Positions 46,881-57,326 are shown, counted from the stretch's first letter. The stretch is DNA of 64,000 bases from Sphingobacterium thalpophilum (GCA_945868825.1 CAMBMM010000002.1:54252-118251), one strand, 5' to 3'. Numbers and translations are program-made. The notes: a model not told the origin generated them from the letters alone.

Positions 46881-47222
46881 TTACGCTTCTAAATCTAATT
46901 CTAAAGAAGGATCCCAAAATAGGTGTTTAAATTCTGCTACTTGATCGTTGGACACCCGTACTCCTTCAGCTTCTAGCAATTCTTGCATGCGGCTGGGACT
47001 CTCGAAATGAAATTTACCCGTGAGCAAACCTTGGCGGTTTACCACCCGATGGGCCGGCACCGGTGGATGTACAGTATGTGCCCCGTTCATGGCATAGCCA
47101 ACCATTCGCGACGAACCTTTGCTACCCAAATAGGCGGCAATGGTTCCATAAGAAGTTACCCTGCCCCGCGGAATTAAGCGGACCACTTGATATACTTGCT
47201 CAAAAAAATCAGCTCTTTCCAT
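46881..47222 (-). CDS. MGMT-fold DNA-binding protein lacking the acceptor cysteine (alkyltransferase-like, ATL)
   Basis: IPRGRVTSYGTIAAYLG...RMVGYAM...VPAHRVVN. The canonical PCHRV site reads PAHRV. Confidence 0.75.
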   Translation of the reverse strand: MERADFFEQVYQVVRLIPRGRVTSYGTIAAYLGSKGSSRMVGYAMNGAHTVHPPVPAHRVVNRQGLLTGKFHFESPSRMQELLEAEGVRVSNDQVAEFKHLFWDPSLELDLEA

Positions 47223-47872
47223 TAGGCAAAACTAAAGCGTACGTAATTGATGTTTTTATTATGGGTCAAGTATTTTTTCTCATAATAGGTTTTTATCGAC
47301 AATACCTCGTTTACCAAATCAGAACGGTATAAATCTTCGGTGCGTACGTGTAGCTTTAAGCCAAGCTGATCGATAGTCTCTAGCGTAAAGGCATAAAAGT
47401 CGTCGTTATCCGTTTTTAAATTAATAGGGGCCGATTCTTGAAGAATCACTTTGTATTTTTCTAAAAATCGGGGAGCTGTTAGGCGTTTTTTCTCCCGGCT
47501 TACTTGCGGTTGTGGATCAGGAAAAGTAATCCAGATTTCGCTCACTTCATCCGTATCAAAATAGTCTAGTATGTGCTCAATTTGAATACGAAGAAAGGCC
47601 ACATTTCCAATTCCGTCTTCCATAGCGGTTTTAGCACCACGCCAAATTCGGTTGCCTTTATAATCTATGCCAATAAAATTTTTATGGGGAAATAATTGCG
47701 CCAAGTTTACGGTATACTCTCCTTTACCACAAGCCAACTCCAATACTAAGGGAGCAGTATTTTGAAAATGCGTTGTAATCCAGCTGCCTTTTAATGCTTT
47801 TCCGGCATCTAATTCGTATACATTGGCGAATGTTTCTATTTCTGCAAACTTGCGAAGTTTATCTTTACCCAT
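47222..47872 (-). CDS. trmB: tRNA (guanine46-N7)-methyltransferase
   Basis: LELACGKGEYTV SAM-binding motif, IGIDYKGNRIW and FPDPQP blocks. Confidence 0.9.
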   Translation of the reverse strand: MGKDKLRKFAEIETFANVYELDAGKALKGSWITTHFQNTAPLVLELACGKGEYTVNLAQLFPHKNFIGIDYKGNRIWRGAKTAMEDGIGNVAFLRIQIEHILDYFDTDEVSEIWITFPDPQPQVSREKKRLTAPRFLEKYKVILQESAPINLKTDNDDFYAFTLETIDQLGLKLHVRTEDLYRSDLVNEVLSIKTYYEKKYLTHNKNINYVRFSFA

Positions 47873-47902
47873 GGCATTGGTTTAGGGCAACAAAAATAGT
47901 TT

Positions 47903-47910
47903 TATCTTTG
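47903..47910 (+). promoter_or_regulatory. Bacteroidota-type -7 box (TATCTTTG) for fcl
   Basis: Exact TAnnTTTG match 9 nt before the GTG start. It implies a near-leaderless mRNA. Confidence 0.4.
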
Positions 47911-47918
47911 AAGCAACA

Positions 47919-48845
47919 GTGGAAAAAAACGCAAAAATATATGTAGCCGGTCATCGGGGGATGGTGGGCTCGGCTATTTTAAGAAAATTACAAGCCGAAG
48001 GCTATAGCAATTTGGTCATTCGCAGTTCGCAAGAACTCGATTTACGCAACCAACAAGCCGTTGCCGATTTTTTTTCGTCCGAAAAACCAGACTATGTTTT
48101 TTTAGCCGCCGCCAAAGTAGGTGGCATTGTAGCAAACAATACCTATCGGGCCGATTTTCTGTATGAAAATTTAGCCATACAAAACAACGTAATCCATCAA
48201 TCGTATCTACAAGGAGTTAAAAAATTACTCTTTTTAGGCTCCAGTTGTATTTACCCTAAATTGGCACCGCAACCCTTAAAAGAAGAGTATTTATTAACGG
48301 GTTTATTGGAACCCACCAACGAACCTTATGCTATTGCCAAAATTGCCGGCATTAAGTTATGCGATGCCTACCGCAACCAGTACGGCTGTAATTTTATTTC
48401 GGTAATGCCTACTAATTTGTATGGTTATAACGACAATTACCACCCCGAAAATTCGCATGTATTGCCCGCTTTAATTCGCAAATTTCACGAAGCTAAAACA
48501 AGTGGTACTAATAGCGTGACTGTTTGGGGAACGGGCAGCCCGTTACGAGAGTTTTTGTTTGCCGATGATTTGGCGGACGCCTGCTATTTTTTAATGCAAG
48601 AATACAACGAAGCTGGCTTAATAAACATTGGCACGGGCCACGATTTAAGCATCAAAGATTTAGCACTATTGATAAAAGAGGTAGTAGGTTTTACAGGCGA
48701 TTTGGTGTTTGACAGCAGCAAACCTGATGGCACTCCCCGCAAACTATTGGATGTTTCTAAATTGCATACCCTTGGTTGGAAACATCGTATAACATTACAA
48801 GAAGGATTGGCCTTGGCCTATCAAGATTTCCTAAAAAAATTATAA
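47919..48845 (+). CDS. fcl: GDP-L-fucose synthase
   Basis: [14 protein letters not shown], a YAIAKIAG catalytic region and [21 protein letters not shown], typical of Fcl/WcaG. Confidence 0.9.
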   Translation: MEKNAKIYVAGHRGMVGSAILRKLQAEGYSNLVIRSSQELDLRNQQAVADFFSSEKPDYVFLAAAKVGGIVANNTYRADFLYENLAIQNNVIHQSYLQGVKKLLFLGSSCIYPKLAPQPLKEEYLLTGLLEPTNEPYAIAKIAGIKLCDAYRNQYGCNFISVMPTNLYGYNDNYHPENSHVLPALIRKFHEAKTSGTNSVTVWGTGSPLREFLFADDLADACYFLMQEYNEAGLINIGTGHDLSIKDLALLIKEVVGFTGDLVFDSSKPDGTPRKLLDVSKLHTLGWKHRITLQEGLALAYQDFLKKL

Positions 48846-48849
48846 AAAC

Positions 48850-50133
48850 ATGAAAAAATTAGCATTAAGCCTATTATTTATTGGTACAAGCCTAACTATT
48901 TTCGCACAATCTGTCGAAAAAATTAAGGAAAAGAATGTAAGCCGTATTATTAAAACCCTCACAGCCGACGATATGGAAGGCCGAGCCACTTTTTCGGCAG
49001 GGATTGATAAAGCCGCCACGTTTATTGAAAACGAATTCAAAAAAATTGGCTTACAAACGCTCGAAGGAGAAACTAGCTTCCGACAATCTTTTAGCATGAA
49101 CCGCATTAAGCCGGGCACTGCTACAGTAAGTTTAAATGGCACAACCCTACCTGCCGAGAAGGTATTGGTGAGCAGTGATCAAGCAACTCTAAGCTGGACC
49201 GAAGCTAGTGGCATAGAAAACATTCAACTAGCTTCTGGAGCAACATTTGTAAATCGCTACCGCGAAATTCTACGAGCCAATAAATCGGCCATCGTTTGGG
49301 TTGATCGTCAATATGCCGATGCCTTTAAGCGTCTTCGCGATGCCTCGTTTAGAACCCGTATGGCGGAAAAACCAAAGGCAACTTCGGTAGTGTTTATTTT
49401 AAGTGATCAGATAGCCCCTTCTTACAGCATTACGGCAAGCAATAGCATCGATCAAGCACCGCTGTTTAACGTGGCGGGCATGATCCCAGGAAAGTCTAAA
49501 GCGAAAGAATATGTGGTTTTCTCAGCACATTACGATCATTTAGGAATTGTTAAAGCGGTAGAAGGTGATTCTATTGCCAATGGTGCAGACGACGATGCTT
49601 CGGGTACTACCGCAGTAATTGAATTGGCTAAATATTATAAAAAGCTAAACAACAACGAGCGTACCTTAATTTTTGTGGCCTTTACAGCCGAAGAAGTGGG
49701 TGGATTTGGTTCTAGATATTTCTCTTCTAAGCTAAACCCCGATGATGTGGTGGCTATGTTTAACATTGAAATGATTGGAAAAGAATCGAAATTTGGTAAA
49801 AATAACGCCTTTATTACCGGCTACGAACGTTCGGATTTTGGAGAAATTTTACAGCGCAATTTAGAAGGTACCGATTTTAAATTCTATCCAGACCCGTACC
49901 CTAGCCAGAATTTATTTTACCGCAGCGACAACGCAACCCTAGCGGCATTGGGCGTTCCAGCACATACCATTTCTACCGATCAAATTGACATTGATAAATT
50001 TTATCACACCGTAAATGATGAATTGGAAACACTAGATGTTTCGAATATTACGGCTACAATTAAGGCCATTGCCCTAAGTTCTAGAAGTATTGTGAGTGGT
50101 AAAGATGCGCCAAAGCGGATACCGAAATTATAA
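48850..50133 (+). CDS. M28 family metallopeptidase with signal peptide
   Basis: HYDHLG, GADDDASGT and FTAEEVGGFGS zinc-ligand blocks. Confidence 0.8.
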   Translation: MKKLALSLLFIGTSLTIFAQSVEKIKEKNVSRIIKTLTADDMEGRATFSAGIDKAATFIENEFKKIGLQTLEGETSFRQSFSMNRIKPGTATVSLNGTTLPAEKVLVSSDQATLSWTEASGIENIQLASGATFVNRYREILRANKSAIVWVDRQYADAFKRLRDASFRTRMAEKPKATSVVFILSDQIAPSYSITASNSIDQAPLFNVAGMIPGKSKAKEYVVFSAHYDHLGIVKAVEGDSIANGADDDASGTTAVIELAKYYKKLNNNERTLIFVAFTAEEVGGFGSRYFSSKLNPDDVVAMFNIEMIGKESKFGKNNAFITGYERSDFGEILQRNLEGTDFKFYPDPYPSQNLFYRSDNATLAALGVPAHTISTDQIDIDKFYHTVNDELETLDVSNITATIKAIALSSRSIVSGKDAPKRIPKL

Positions 50134-50622
50134 GGCTTTACGCATTATATAATCGTTTAACACGAAGGTGTGATACGGAATGTCCAAGCTTTGGTGAATG
50201 TCAAACCCTTGTTTTTTGTAAAATTCAACCGCTTTATTACCGCGGTTTACATTAAGTTCCAAAATAAGTCCGCCTAAATTTTTAGATAGAGTACTAACCT
50301 CATCTATCAGCAATTTACCCGTACCCTTGCCTTGTTCGCTAGGCAAGAGGTAAAGTTTGTGCAGCTTGAAAACCTGCTCCAAGATATTCGTTTCACTAAC
50401 TGCTGCAAACCCCACGGCCAATCCGTTTCTCTCGACTAGTAAAAAGGTGATTCCTTCGCTAAACTGTTGCGCTAGAGCCTCAGGAGAATACATCTCGTTA
50501 AGCATGTAGCTAATCTGTTCGGCCGAAATAAAAGAACTGTATGCTGGCCACCAACTCTGTTCGGCCAATTGACCAATAGTTGAAATATCGGTAGGATTTG
50601 CCGTGCGAATACTCAAACTCAT
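50128..50622 (-). CDS. GNAT family N-acetyltransferase
   Basis: Acetyl-CoA binding motif QGKGTGKLL; 164 aa. Confidence 0.8.
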   Translation of the reverse strand: MSLSIRTANPTDISTIGQLAEQSWWPAYSSFISAEQISYMLNEMYSPEALAQQFSEGITFLLVERNGLAVGFAAVSETNILEQVFKLHKLYLLPSEQGKGTGKLLIDEVSTLSKNLGGLILELNVNRGNKAVEFYKKQGFDIHQSLDIPYHTFVLNDYIMRKAL

Positions 50623-51185
50623 AATTCTTCTGCAATAAATAAAAAGGGTTGTTCAAATTTAAGAGCGTAAAAGCCATCTTTTTCGGTTTCGAATTCATGA
50701 AATCCAAGGCGCTTTAAGCCTTCTATTTGCAGATTTTTGGCATCGTGGAGCAAGTGTACTTTTTGCCCACCTATTTGCCATTTACTAAATCCGGAACGGA
50801 TAGGCATAATTTTTTTACCGGAGGTGAAAATCACCAGATTGATGATATCAACAAATAACACGTAGTCTTTTAGCAAAAATTCTTTGGCAATAACATTTAC
50901 GGCCGGATACCCTTCGGCCACCAAATATTTCAAAGCATCTTCTAATGGCTCGTATTCGGTAAGCACGATATGGGTGTGCTCTTGAGCAATAAAATTTGGA
51001 TTATTGGTAACTACAGCATCAATTTTAATTCCTAAAGAATCGGCATATTCATACACTTCTTGGGTTACCATAACGGTTGGGCTCCACTCTAGTAATTGGC
51101 CCAATTGTTCGTTAGCGAAATGCGCCAAATTGACTATAAGAAGAGCTGGTTCTTGTTTTTCTCGAACGATATGGTGCGACGACAT
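50619..51185 (-). CDS. thiamine pyrophosphokinase-like protein (tentative, divergent)
   Basis: The MSSHHIVREKQEPALLI N-terminus resembles proteins I recall annotated as TPK in Bacteroidota. I could not see canonical TPK catalytic motifs by eye. The operon context with a TPP riboswitch is supportive. Confidence 0.4.
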   Translation of the reverse strand: MSSHHIVREKQEPALLIVNLAHFANEQLGQLLEWSPTVMVTQEVYEYADSLGIKIDAVVTNNPNFIAQEHTHIVLTEYEPLEDALKYLVAEGYPAVNVIAKEFLLKDYVLFVDIINLVIFTSGKKIMPIRSGFSKWQIGGQKVHLLHDAKNLQIEGLKRLGFHEFETEKDGFYALKFEQPFLFIAEEL

Positions 51186-52838
51186 CTATTTAATAAGTTC
51201 GTTTACCGGAGTACCTATGCTGCCGTTGGGCATTTGTACATGCAATAGTGCCGCCAAGGTGGCTGCAATATCGGTCATGTAAGTAGGTGCATTGGTTTTG
51301 CCATGTTTTACCCCCCAACCCATAAACACCATTGGAATATGCGCATCGTAAGGGTTCCAACTTCCATGAGTAGTTCCCGTAGCGCCATAACCGGCAAACC
51401 AACCGGGTTGTAAAATGAGTTGGATGGCTCCGCTGCGTTCGGCATAATACCCATTAATAATTCGGCTACGTAACACATCAGGGATAGGGGCTTGTTGCAC
51501 CGCCTTTTGATCAATTGCATTGGCCACTCCTTCTTGGCTTTGCAGGTACGCAATGCAATCAGAAATAATAGCTTGTTCGTTTAATTTAGCTTCGGCAATG
51601 GTCAGGTTATTTAAATTTACCTGGTAATTATCTAAACTCAATACTAATTTTTTGGTTTGATATTTCTCCTCTAACAAGCTATTAAGGCCGGCCATGATTT
51701 TGGTTGCCGGCCATAAACCTGCCGGAATTTTTTGGTCGTTCAATAAAGTTGGGTTGGTTGCACAACCATGATCGGCAGAAAGAAATATAGTATAATTGCC
51801 TTTGCCAACAGTTTTATCTAAATAGGCGAAAAATTTAGCAAAATCTTGGTCTAAGCGCAAATAGGTATCTTCTACTTCAATAGAATTCGGACCAAAGGTA
51901 TGGCCAATATAATCGGTAGACGATAAACTTACAGCTAAGAAATCGGTTACCGTATTTTTACCCAATTGCTCATTTTCAATGGCCGCTTTAGCCATATCTA
52001 GCGTAAGTGAATTCCCGTAGGGTGTAGTGCGTAGGAGTTTATAATTAGGTAGCCCACCCTGATTTAAAATTATAGGAAATACCGGTTGATTATTCCCTGC
52101 CAATTTACCTTCGTAGGGATTGTTATCTTTAAAACTTTGCGTGTAGGTATCTATTGAATATAGGGTATTCCAGTTTTGCTTTAAATAGCTTTCGGCTTTT
52201 TTCTGATCGTTAAAATTTTTAACCCAAACAGGCAAATCCTTCATATAATAGGTGCTGGTTATCCAGCCGCCTGTTAAATCATCGTACCAGTAAGCTGCAT
52301 CAGCACTATGGCCTGCAGGCAAAATACCTCCACGATCTTTTAAGGCAATACCAATTACTTTTGATTTGAAATTGGTGGCCAACTTTAACTCATCGGTTAT
52401 GGTGGTAGTTAATAAATTACGAGGCGACATTTGTCCGGCTTTGGACGTACTACCTACCGTTTGTACCGTTTCGTCTTCGGTACAGTACATTGTTTTTCCG
52501 GTTTTTTGGATAATAAAATCGTTACCAGCAATGCCATGAATGGCCGGTACCGAACCGGTATAAATGGTCGTGTGGCCAATAGCAGTTACCGTAGGAATAT
52601 AATCAATCATGGTGTTTTCGCAAGAAAAACCTTCGTTGAGCATACGCTTAAAACCACCCGCTTGATAGCGGTCGTAATAACGATACAAAAAATCCCAACG
52701 CATTTGATCTACCACCAAGCCTACTACCAATTTTGGTCTCGGTAAAGAGGTAGAGGTGTTTGACGTTTTCGATTGTGCCTGTACAAGTACTGCACTAAAA
52801 ATAAGAACTATAGATAGGAGATTTTTGATTCTGCTCAT
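51186..52838 (-). CDS. PafA-like alkaline phosphatase / nucleotide pyrophosphatase-phosphodiesterase family protein (secreted)
   Basis: Signal peptide, then RPKLVVGLVVDQMRWDFLYRY, TVTAIGHTTIYTG (nucleophile Thr region), SADHG and THGSW. Confidence 0.8.
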   Translation of the reverse strand: MSRIKNLLSIVLIFSAVLVQAQSKTSNTSTSLPRPKLVVGLVVDQMRWDFLYRYYDRYQAGGFKRMLNEGFSCENTMIDYIPTVTAIGHTTIYTGSVPAIHGIAGNDFIIQKTGKTMYCTEDETVQTVGSTSKAGQMSPRNLLTTTITDELKLATNFKSKVIGIALKDRGGILPAGHSADAAYWYDDLTGGWITSTYYMKDLPVWVKNFNDQKKAESYLKQNWNTLYSIDTYTQSFKDNNPYEGKLAGNNQPVFPIILNQGGLPNYKLLRTTPYGNSLTLDMAKAAIENEQLGKNTVTDFLAVSLSSTDYIGHTFGPNSIEVEDTYLRLDQDFAKFFAYLDKTVGKGNYTIFLSADHGCATNPTLLNDQKIPAGLWPATKIMAGLNSLLEEKYQTKKLVLSLDNYQVNLNNLTIAEAKLNEQAIISDCIAYLQSQEGVANAIDQKAVQQAPIPDVLRSRIINGYYAERSGAIQLILQPGWFAGYGATGTTHGSWNPYDAHIPMVFMGWGVKHGKTNAPTYMTDIAATLAALLHVQMPNGSIGTPVNELIK

Positions 52839-52865
52839 GGGTTATTTATTATGGTGCAAATATCG

Positions 52866-55232
52866 TTAAAACTTCAGGTTTAAAGAAATTAAGAAATTAC
52901 GTGTAGCCTGCGGATAATAGTAGTTTTCGGTAGTGAAATTGCCCCCATAGATATAACTAAAGGTATACCCACTGGCCTCGTATTTCTTGTTAAACACATT
53001 ATTCACCAACAAGGTTAGGCCAATATTTTTAGTCGATTTTAAGTTGAAATTATACTGAAAACGGAGGTTATGAACCAGCATGTCGTTTAGTTGGCGTGCC
53101 TTATTGGCGGTATTGTCTAAATATTGACGACTCACGTATTTGCCAATAAAAGCGATTTCGGCGTGCTTAAAAGGGGTAAAATCCCATTCGGCTGAAGCCA
53201 CGAATGCTGGCGAAAAAGCAATATCGGTATGTGTATATTCTGTGCTTATCTGCGTACCATTATCGTAATCATCAATATAATTGGTAAAGCGTTTAATTTT
53301 ATTTTGACTCCAAGCTATATTGGCTTTCCAAGACCATTTTTCACTTAGTTTTAAGTTAGCATCTAGCTCCAAACCTAGGCGATAACTATCGGGCACATTG
53401 CTGCGGCTATATTCGCCTACATCATTAATAGCCCCCGTTAAAATAAGTTGGTTTTTGTACTTCATAAAATAACCGTTTAGCGCTGCCCTGAAATTGCTAC
53501 GACTAAAACGATAGCCCGCTTCTATATCGGTTAAACGTTCCGGTACTGGGCGACTAGCCGGTGTAGCATTCACAAAATCATTGCGGTTCGGTTCTTTATT
53601 GGCTACCGCCAAGGAAGCATAGAGCTGCTCCTGAGGATTAATTTGATAACTTAATCCCACCTTCGGATTGAAGAAATTTAGGGATACTGCTTGCTGAATG
53701 TTTTGCAAATTGGTATCGTAGCCCACAAATTCGTGATTCACCCGGCGATATTGCACATCGGCATAGGCTACCCAGCGGCCACGTTGCCAAGTTGATTTTC
53801 CATACACATTAAAATCAGTTTTAAAGCCATCGTTATCGTAGTAATGCTGGCGAATTTGGCTATCAGAAGCATACGTTGCCCAAATAATTTCGCCAAAATG
53901 ACGGCCTTTGTATTCATTGTAAGCGCCCCCCAGGGTGAAATCCAATCCGTTTTTAGGCGTATAATTTAAAGCAAAGGTACTGCCGTAAAAATCGTTATCT
54001 AACCAACGGCGGCGGATTAAATCTGTTTGAGAAATGGTGTTTCCGCCAATCAGCACGGGGCTTAATCCATAATCAGCAAAATCTTGATCGGCTTTATATT
54101 CTTCGTAATAGCCACGGCCGTAGGTATAATGAAAGGCACCGCTTAAAGAAAGTTTAGGCGAAAAGCTGTGAGCGTATAAAAGTTGATAGTGGTCTTGTGT
54201 GTAATTATCCGTTTGATCGGCGTACGTGAAGCCATTGTAGGTTCTGTTATTTGTCAATTCTGATTCTGGAACACCATTCCAAGCCTGGTAGGTTTTCTCG
54301 TGACCCGAAAACACATTGGCCCGAATAAGGGTGTTGGCACCATACCAAGCACCACTTAAAAAGTATGATTTTAGTTTAGATGACGCCCTATCGATATATC
54401 CATCAGACTGAATTCTAGATAACCGACCATCAAAGATAAACTGATTGTTTAGCAGCCCCGTACCAAAATTTAAGGTGTTTTTTTGGGTATGGTAAGAACC
54501 CAAGGTATTGTTTAGCTCGGTATAGGCCGAATCTCTGCGAACGGTGGTTTGTATGTTTATACTGGCCCCAAAAGCACCAGCCCCGTTGGTAGAGGTGCCC
54601 ACTCCTCGTTGCACCTGAATATTATCTACCGAAGAAACAAAATCGGGTAGATTCACAAAATAAGTAGCCTGGCTTTCTGGATCGTTAAATGGAATTCCGT
54701 TTAGGATAACATTTATTCGAGAAGCATCGCTGCCCCGAATACGGAGGCCTGTATAACCAATACCTGTGCCCGCATCCGAACTCACTACCACACCCGGTGT
54801 TTGATTGAGCACAAAGGGTAAATCTTGGCCTGTATTATTTTTTTCTAAAACTGCTTTATTTATGTTGGTATAGGTAGTAGCGCTCTGTTCAGTGGCTCTA
54901 GTAGCTTTAATTACCACTTCATCGCCAGGGAAAATATTGGGTTTTAGCACGATTTCTACTTGAGCTTTAGCGGGTAAAGCAATTGTTTTTTCTATAGGTT
55001 GATAGCCTACAAAACTCACTTTTAGCACATAGTTTCCGGCTGCAAGACCGGTAAACGAAAATAGCCCTTGGCCGTTGGTGGCAAGAGTTTGATTAGAGTT
55101 TAAACTTACCGTGGCACCCACTAGTCCCAATTGTGTTCGTGCATCTAATACTTTTCCGCTAAAAGTAAATTGCGCAAAAGCAAGAACCGGCAAAAGCATA
55201 ACCAACAGCGCAAAAAATAATCCTTTTTTCAT
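52866..55232 (-). CDS. TonB-dependent receptor with N-terminal carboxypeptidase-regulatory-like domain
   Basis: FTFSGKVLDARTQLGLVGATV (CarbopepD_reg-like), a plug domain and a C-terminal beta-barrel ending in ...LISLNLKF. Confidence 0.9.
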   Translation of the reverse strand: MKKGLFFALLVMLLPVLAFAQFTFSGKVLDARTQLGLVGATVSLNSNQTLATNGQGLFSFTGLAAGNYVLKVSFVGYQPIEKTIALPAKAQVEIVLKPNIFPGDEVVIKATRATEQSATTYTNINKAVLEKNNTGQDLPFVLNQTPGVVVSSDAGTGIGYTGLRIRGSDASRINVILNGIPFNDPESQATYFVNLPDFVSSVDNIQVQRGVGTSTNGAGAFGASINIQTTVRRDSAYTELNNTLGSYHTQKNTLNFGTGLLNNQFIFDGRLSRIQSDGYIDRASSKLKSYFLSGAWYGANTLIRANVFSGHEKTYQAWNGVPESELTNNRTYNGFTYADQTDNYTQDHYQLLYAHSFSPKLSLSGAFHYTYGRGYYEEYKADQDFADYGLSPVLIGGNTISQTDLIRRRWLDNDFYGSTFALNYTPKNGLDFTLGGAYNEYKGRHFGEIIWATYASDSQIRQHYYDNDGFKTDFNVYGKSTWQRGRWVAYADVQYRRVNHEFVGYDTNLQNIQQAVSLNFFNPKVGLSYQINPQEQLYASLAVANKEPNRNDFVNATPASRPVPERLTDIEAGYRFSRSNFRAALNGYFMKYKNQLILTGAINDVGEYSRSNVPDSYRLGLELDANLKLSEKWSWKANIAWSQNKIKRFTNYIDDYDNGTQISTEYTHTDIAFSPAFVASAEWDFTPFKHAEIAFIGKYVSRQYLDNTANKARQLNDMLVHNLRFQYNFNLKSTKNIGLTLLVNNVFNKKYEASGYTFSYIYGGNFTTENYYYPQATRNFLISLNLKF

Positions 55233-55295
55233 TTTTATAATTTTAAAATTTAACAGCTACTTTAAAGGGGTAAAAGCAACTTTTATTAAATTTTT

Positions 55296-55416
55296 ACCTT
55301 CCCTACGCCGGCATTATCCGGATCAGGTGTTCTGATAGTTCAACATAATAGGAACTAGCAGATGGGTATATTCTCAGCCCGTTTTTGTGTTTGCAAGAAA
55401 CAAGGCACCCCTATTT
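55296..55416 (-). promoter_or_regulatory. TPP (THI-box) riboswitch
   Basis: The minus strand reads AGGGGUGCC...GGGCUGAGAAUAUACCC...(P3 insert)...ACACCUGAUCCGGAUAAUGCCGGCGUAGGGAAGG. All hallmark THI-element blocks are present. Confidence 0.85.
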
Positions 55417-55423
55417 GATGATT

Positions 55424-55431
55424 CAAAATTA
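55424..55431 (-). promoter_or_regulatory. Bacteroidota-type -7 box (TAATTTTG) driving the riboswitch leader
   Basis: Exact TAnnTTTG match about 8 nt upstream of the first riboswitch helix. Confidence 0.45.
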
Positions 55432-55474
55432 GACTAATATTCTGAATTTTAGGTACAAATTGCGTCAGAAATAA

Positions 55475-55482
55475 TACTTTTG
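55475..55482 (+). promoter_or_regulatory. Bacteroidota-type -7 box (TACTTTTG) for aspS
   Basis: Exact TAnnTTTG match 8 nt before the aspS ATG (near-leaderless). Confidence 0.4.
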
Positions 55483-55489
55483 CAGTACT

Positions 55490-57235
55490 ATGCTCAGAAC
55501 ACACACTTGCGGAGAATTAACCTTAGCAGATTTAGGAAAAGAAATTAGCCTTTGCGGCTGGGTGCAAAAATCACGTGATTTAGGCGGAATGACTTTTGTG
55601 GACATTCGCGACCGCTACGGGATTACCCAATTGGCTTTTAATACCGACGATAATGCCGAGTTACGTGCCAAAGCCCGTGAACTAGGCCGTGAGTTTGTAA
55701 TAAACGTACAAGGAACCGTAATTGAACGTTCGAGCAAAAACCTAAAAATGCTTACTGGCGAAATAGAAATTAGCGTTTCGGCTATCACTATTTTAAATCC
55801 GGCTAAGCTTCCTCCATTTTTAATTGAAGATGAAACCGATGGCGGCGACGAGCTGCGGATGAAATACCGTTACCTCGATTTACGTCGCAACCCGGTTCGT
55901 AATAATTTAGTACTTCGCCATAAAATGGCACAAGAAGTACGCCGTTACCTCGATGGGCTAGACTTTATTGAGGTAGAAACCCCGGTATTAATTAAATCTA
56001 CGCCAGAAGGTGCCCGCGATTTTGTGGTACCAAGCCGCATGAATGCCGGCGAATTTTATGCCTTACCCCAATCGCCCCAAACCTTTAAGCAATTGTTAAT
56101 GGTATCGGGCTTCGATCGCTATTTCCAGATTGTAAAGTGTTTCCGCGATGAAGATTTACGTGCTGACCGCCAGCCTGAGTTTACTCAGATTGATTGCGAA
56201 ATGGCTTTTATTGAGCAAGAAGATATTTTAAACGTATTTGAAGGCTTAATTAAACAACTCTTTAAAAACGTTAAAGGCATTGATTTAGGCGCTGTACCTC
56301 GTATGACCTATGCCGATGCCATGCGTTTATACGGATCTGATAAACCCGATACCCGTTTTGGAATGCAATTTGTAGAACTCAACGATGTGGTAAAAGGAGC
56401 AAATTTCCCTGTATTTGATGCCGCCGAATTGGTAGTTGGTATTAAAGCTGAGGGCTGTGCCGAATATTCCCGCAAACAATTAGACGAATTAACCGATTAT
56501 ATAAAACGTCCGCAGGTAGGAGCAACCGGATTGGTGTACTGCCGTTACCAAACTGATGGAACCTTAAAATCATCGGTAGATAAATTTTACAGCGAAGAAC
56601 ACTTAAAAGCATGGGCTACTGCATTTGATGCAAAGCCCGGCGATTTGATCTTAGTAATGGCCGGCCCTGCTGAAAAAACCCGTAAACAACTCAACGAATT
56701 GCGTTTAGAAATGGGCAATCAGTTGGGCTTGCGTGATAAAAACACCTTTGCTCCACTTTGGGTACTCGATTTCCCACTATTGGAATGGGACGAAGAAAGT
56801 GGCCGTTACCATGCCATGCACCATCCGTTTACCTCACCAAAGCCAGAAGATATTGCCTTGCTTGACAGCCAACCCGGCGACGTACGAGCCAATGCCTACG
56901 ATATGGTTGTGAACGGAACCGAAATTGGTGGCGGTTCTATCCGTATTCACGATAGGGCGCTACAATCTATTATGTTTAAGCATTTAGGCTTTAGCCCCGA
57001 AGAAGCGCAAAAACAATTTGGCTTTTTATTAGAAGCCTTTGAATATGGTGCTCCTCCGCATGGTGGCATTGCCTTTGGTTTCGATAGGTTGGTATCTATT
57101 TTCGCTGGATTAGATTCTATCCGCGATGTGATTGCCTTTCCTAAAAATAATTCGGGCCGCGATGTAATGATTGATTCGCCATCTACTATTTCTGAAGAAC
57201 AGTTGAAAGAATTGAGCATTAAAACAACAACATAA
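55490..57235 (+). CDS. aspS: aspartate--tRNA ligase
   Basis: [12 protein letters not shown]-fold, class II motifs ([41 protein letters not shown]) and the bacterial GAD insertion. Confidence 0.97.
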   Translation: MLRTHTCGELTLADLGKEISLCGWVQKSRDLGGMTFVDIRDRYGITQLAFNTDDNAELRAKARELGREFVINVQGTVIERSSKNLKMLTGEIEISVSAITILNPAKLPPFLIEDETDGGDELRMKYRYLDLRRNPVRNNLVLRHKMAQEVRRYLDGLDFIEVETPVLIKSTPEGARDFVVPSRMNAGEFYALPQSPQTFKQLLMVSGFDRYFQIVKCFRDEDLRADRQPEFTQIDCEMAFIEQEDILNVFEGLIKQLFKNVKGIDLGAVPRMTYADAMRLYGSDKPDTRFGMQFVELNDVVKGANFPVFDAAELVVGIKAEGCAEYSRKQLDELTDYIKRPQVGATGLVYCRYQTDGTLKSSVDKFYSEEHLKAWATAFDAKPGDLILVMAGPAEKTRKQLNELRLEMGNQLGLRDKNTFAPLWVLDFPLLEWDEESGRYHAMHHPFTSPKPEDIALLDSQPGDVRANAYDMVVNGTEIGGGSIRIHDRALQSIMFKHLGFSPEEAQKQFGFLLEAFEYGAPPHGGIAFGFDRLVSIFAGLDSIRDVIAFPKNNSGRDVMIDSPSTISEEQLKELSIKTTT

Positions 57236-57254
57236 GTTAAACTAACCTTCTATT

Positions 57255-57285
57255 AAAAGCCAGACCTAAATCTGGCTTTTTTATT
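57255..57285 (+). terminator. rho-independent terminator after aspS
   Basis: Stem gccaga/tctggc followed by a T-run. Confidence 0.75.
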
Positions 57286-57326
57286 TTATACAGATTTTAA
57301 TACATTTAGAGTTCAAACCTACATCC

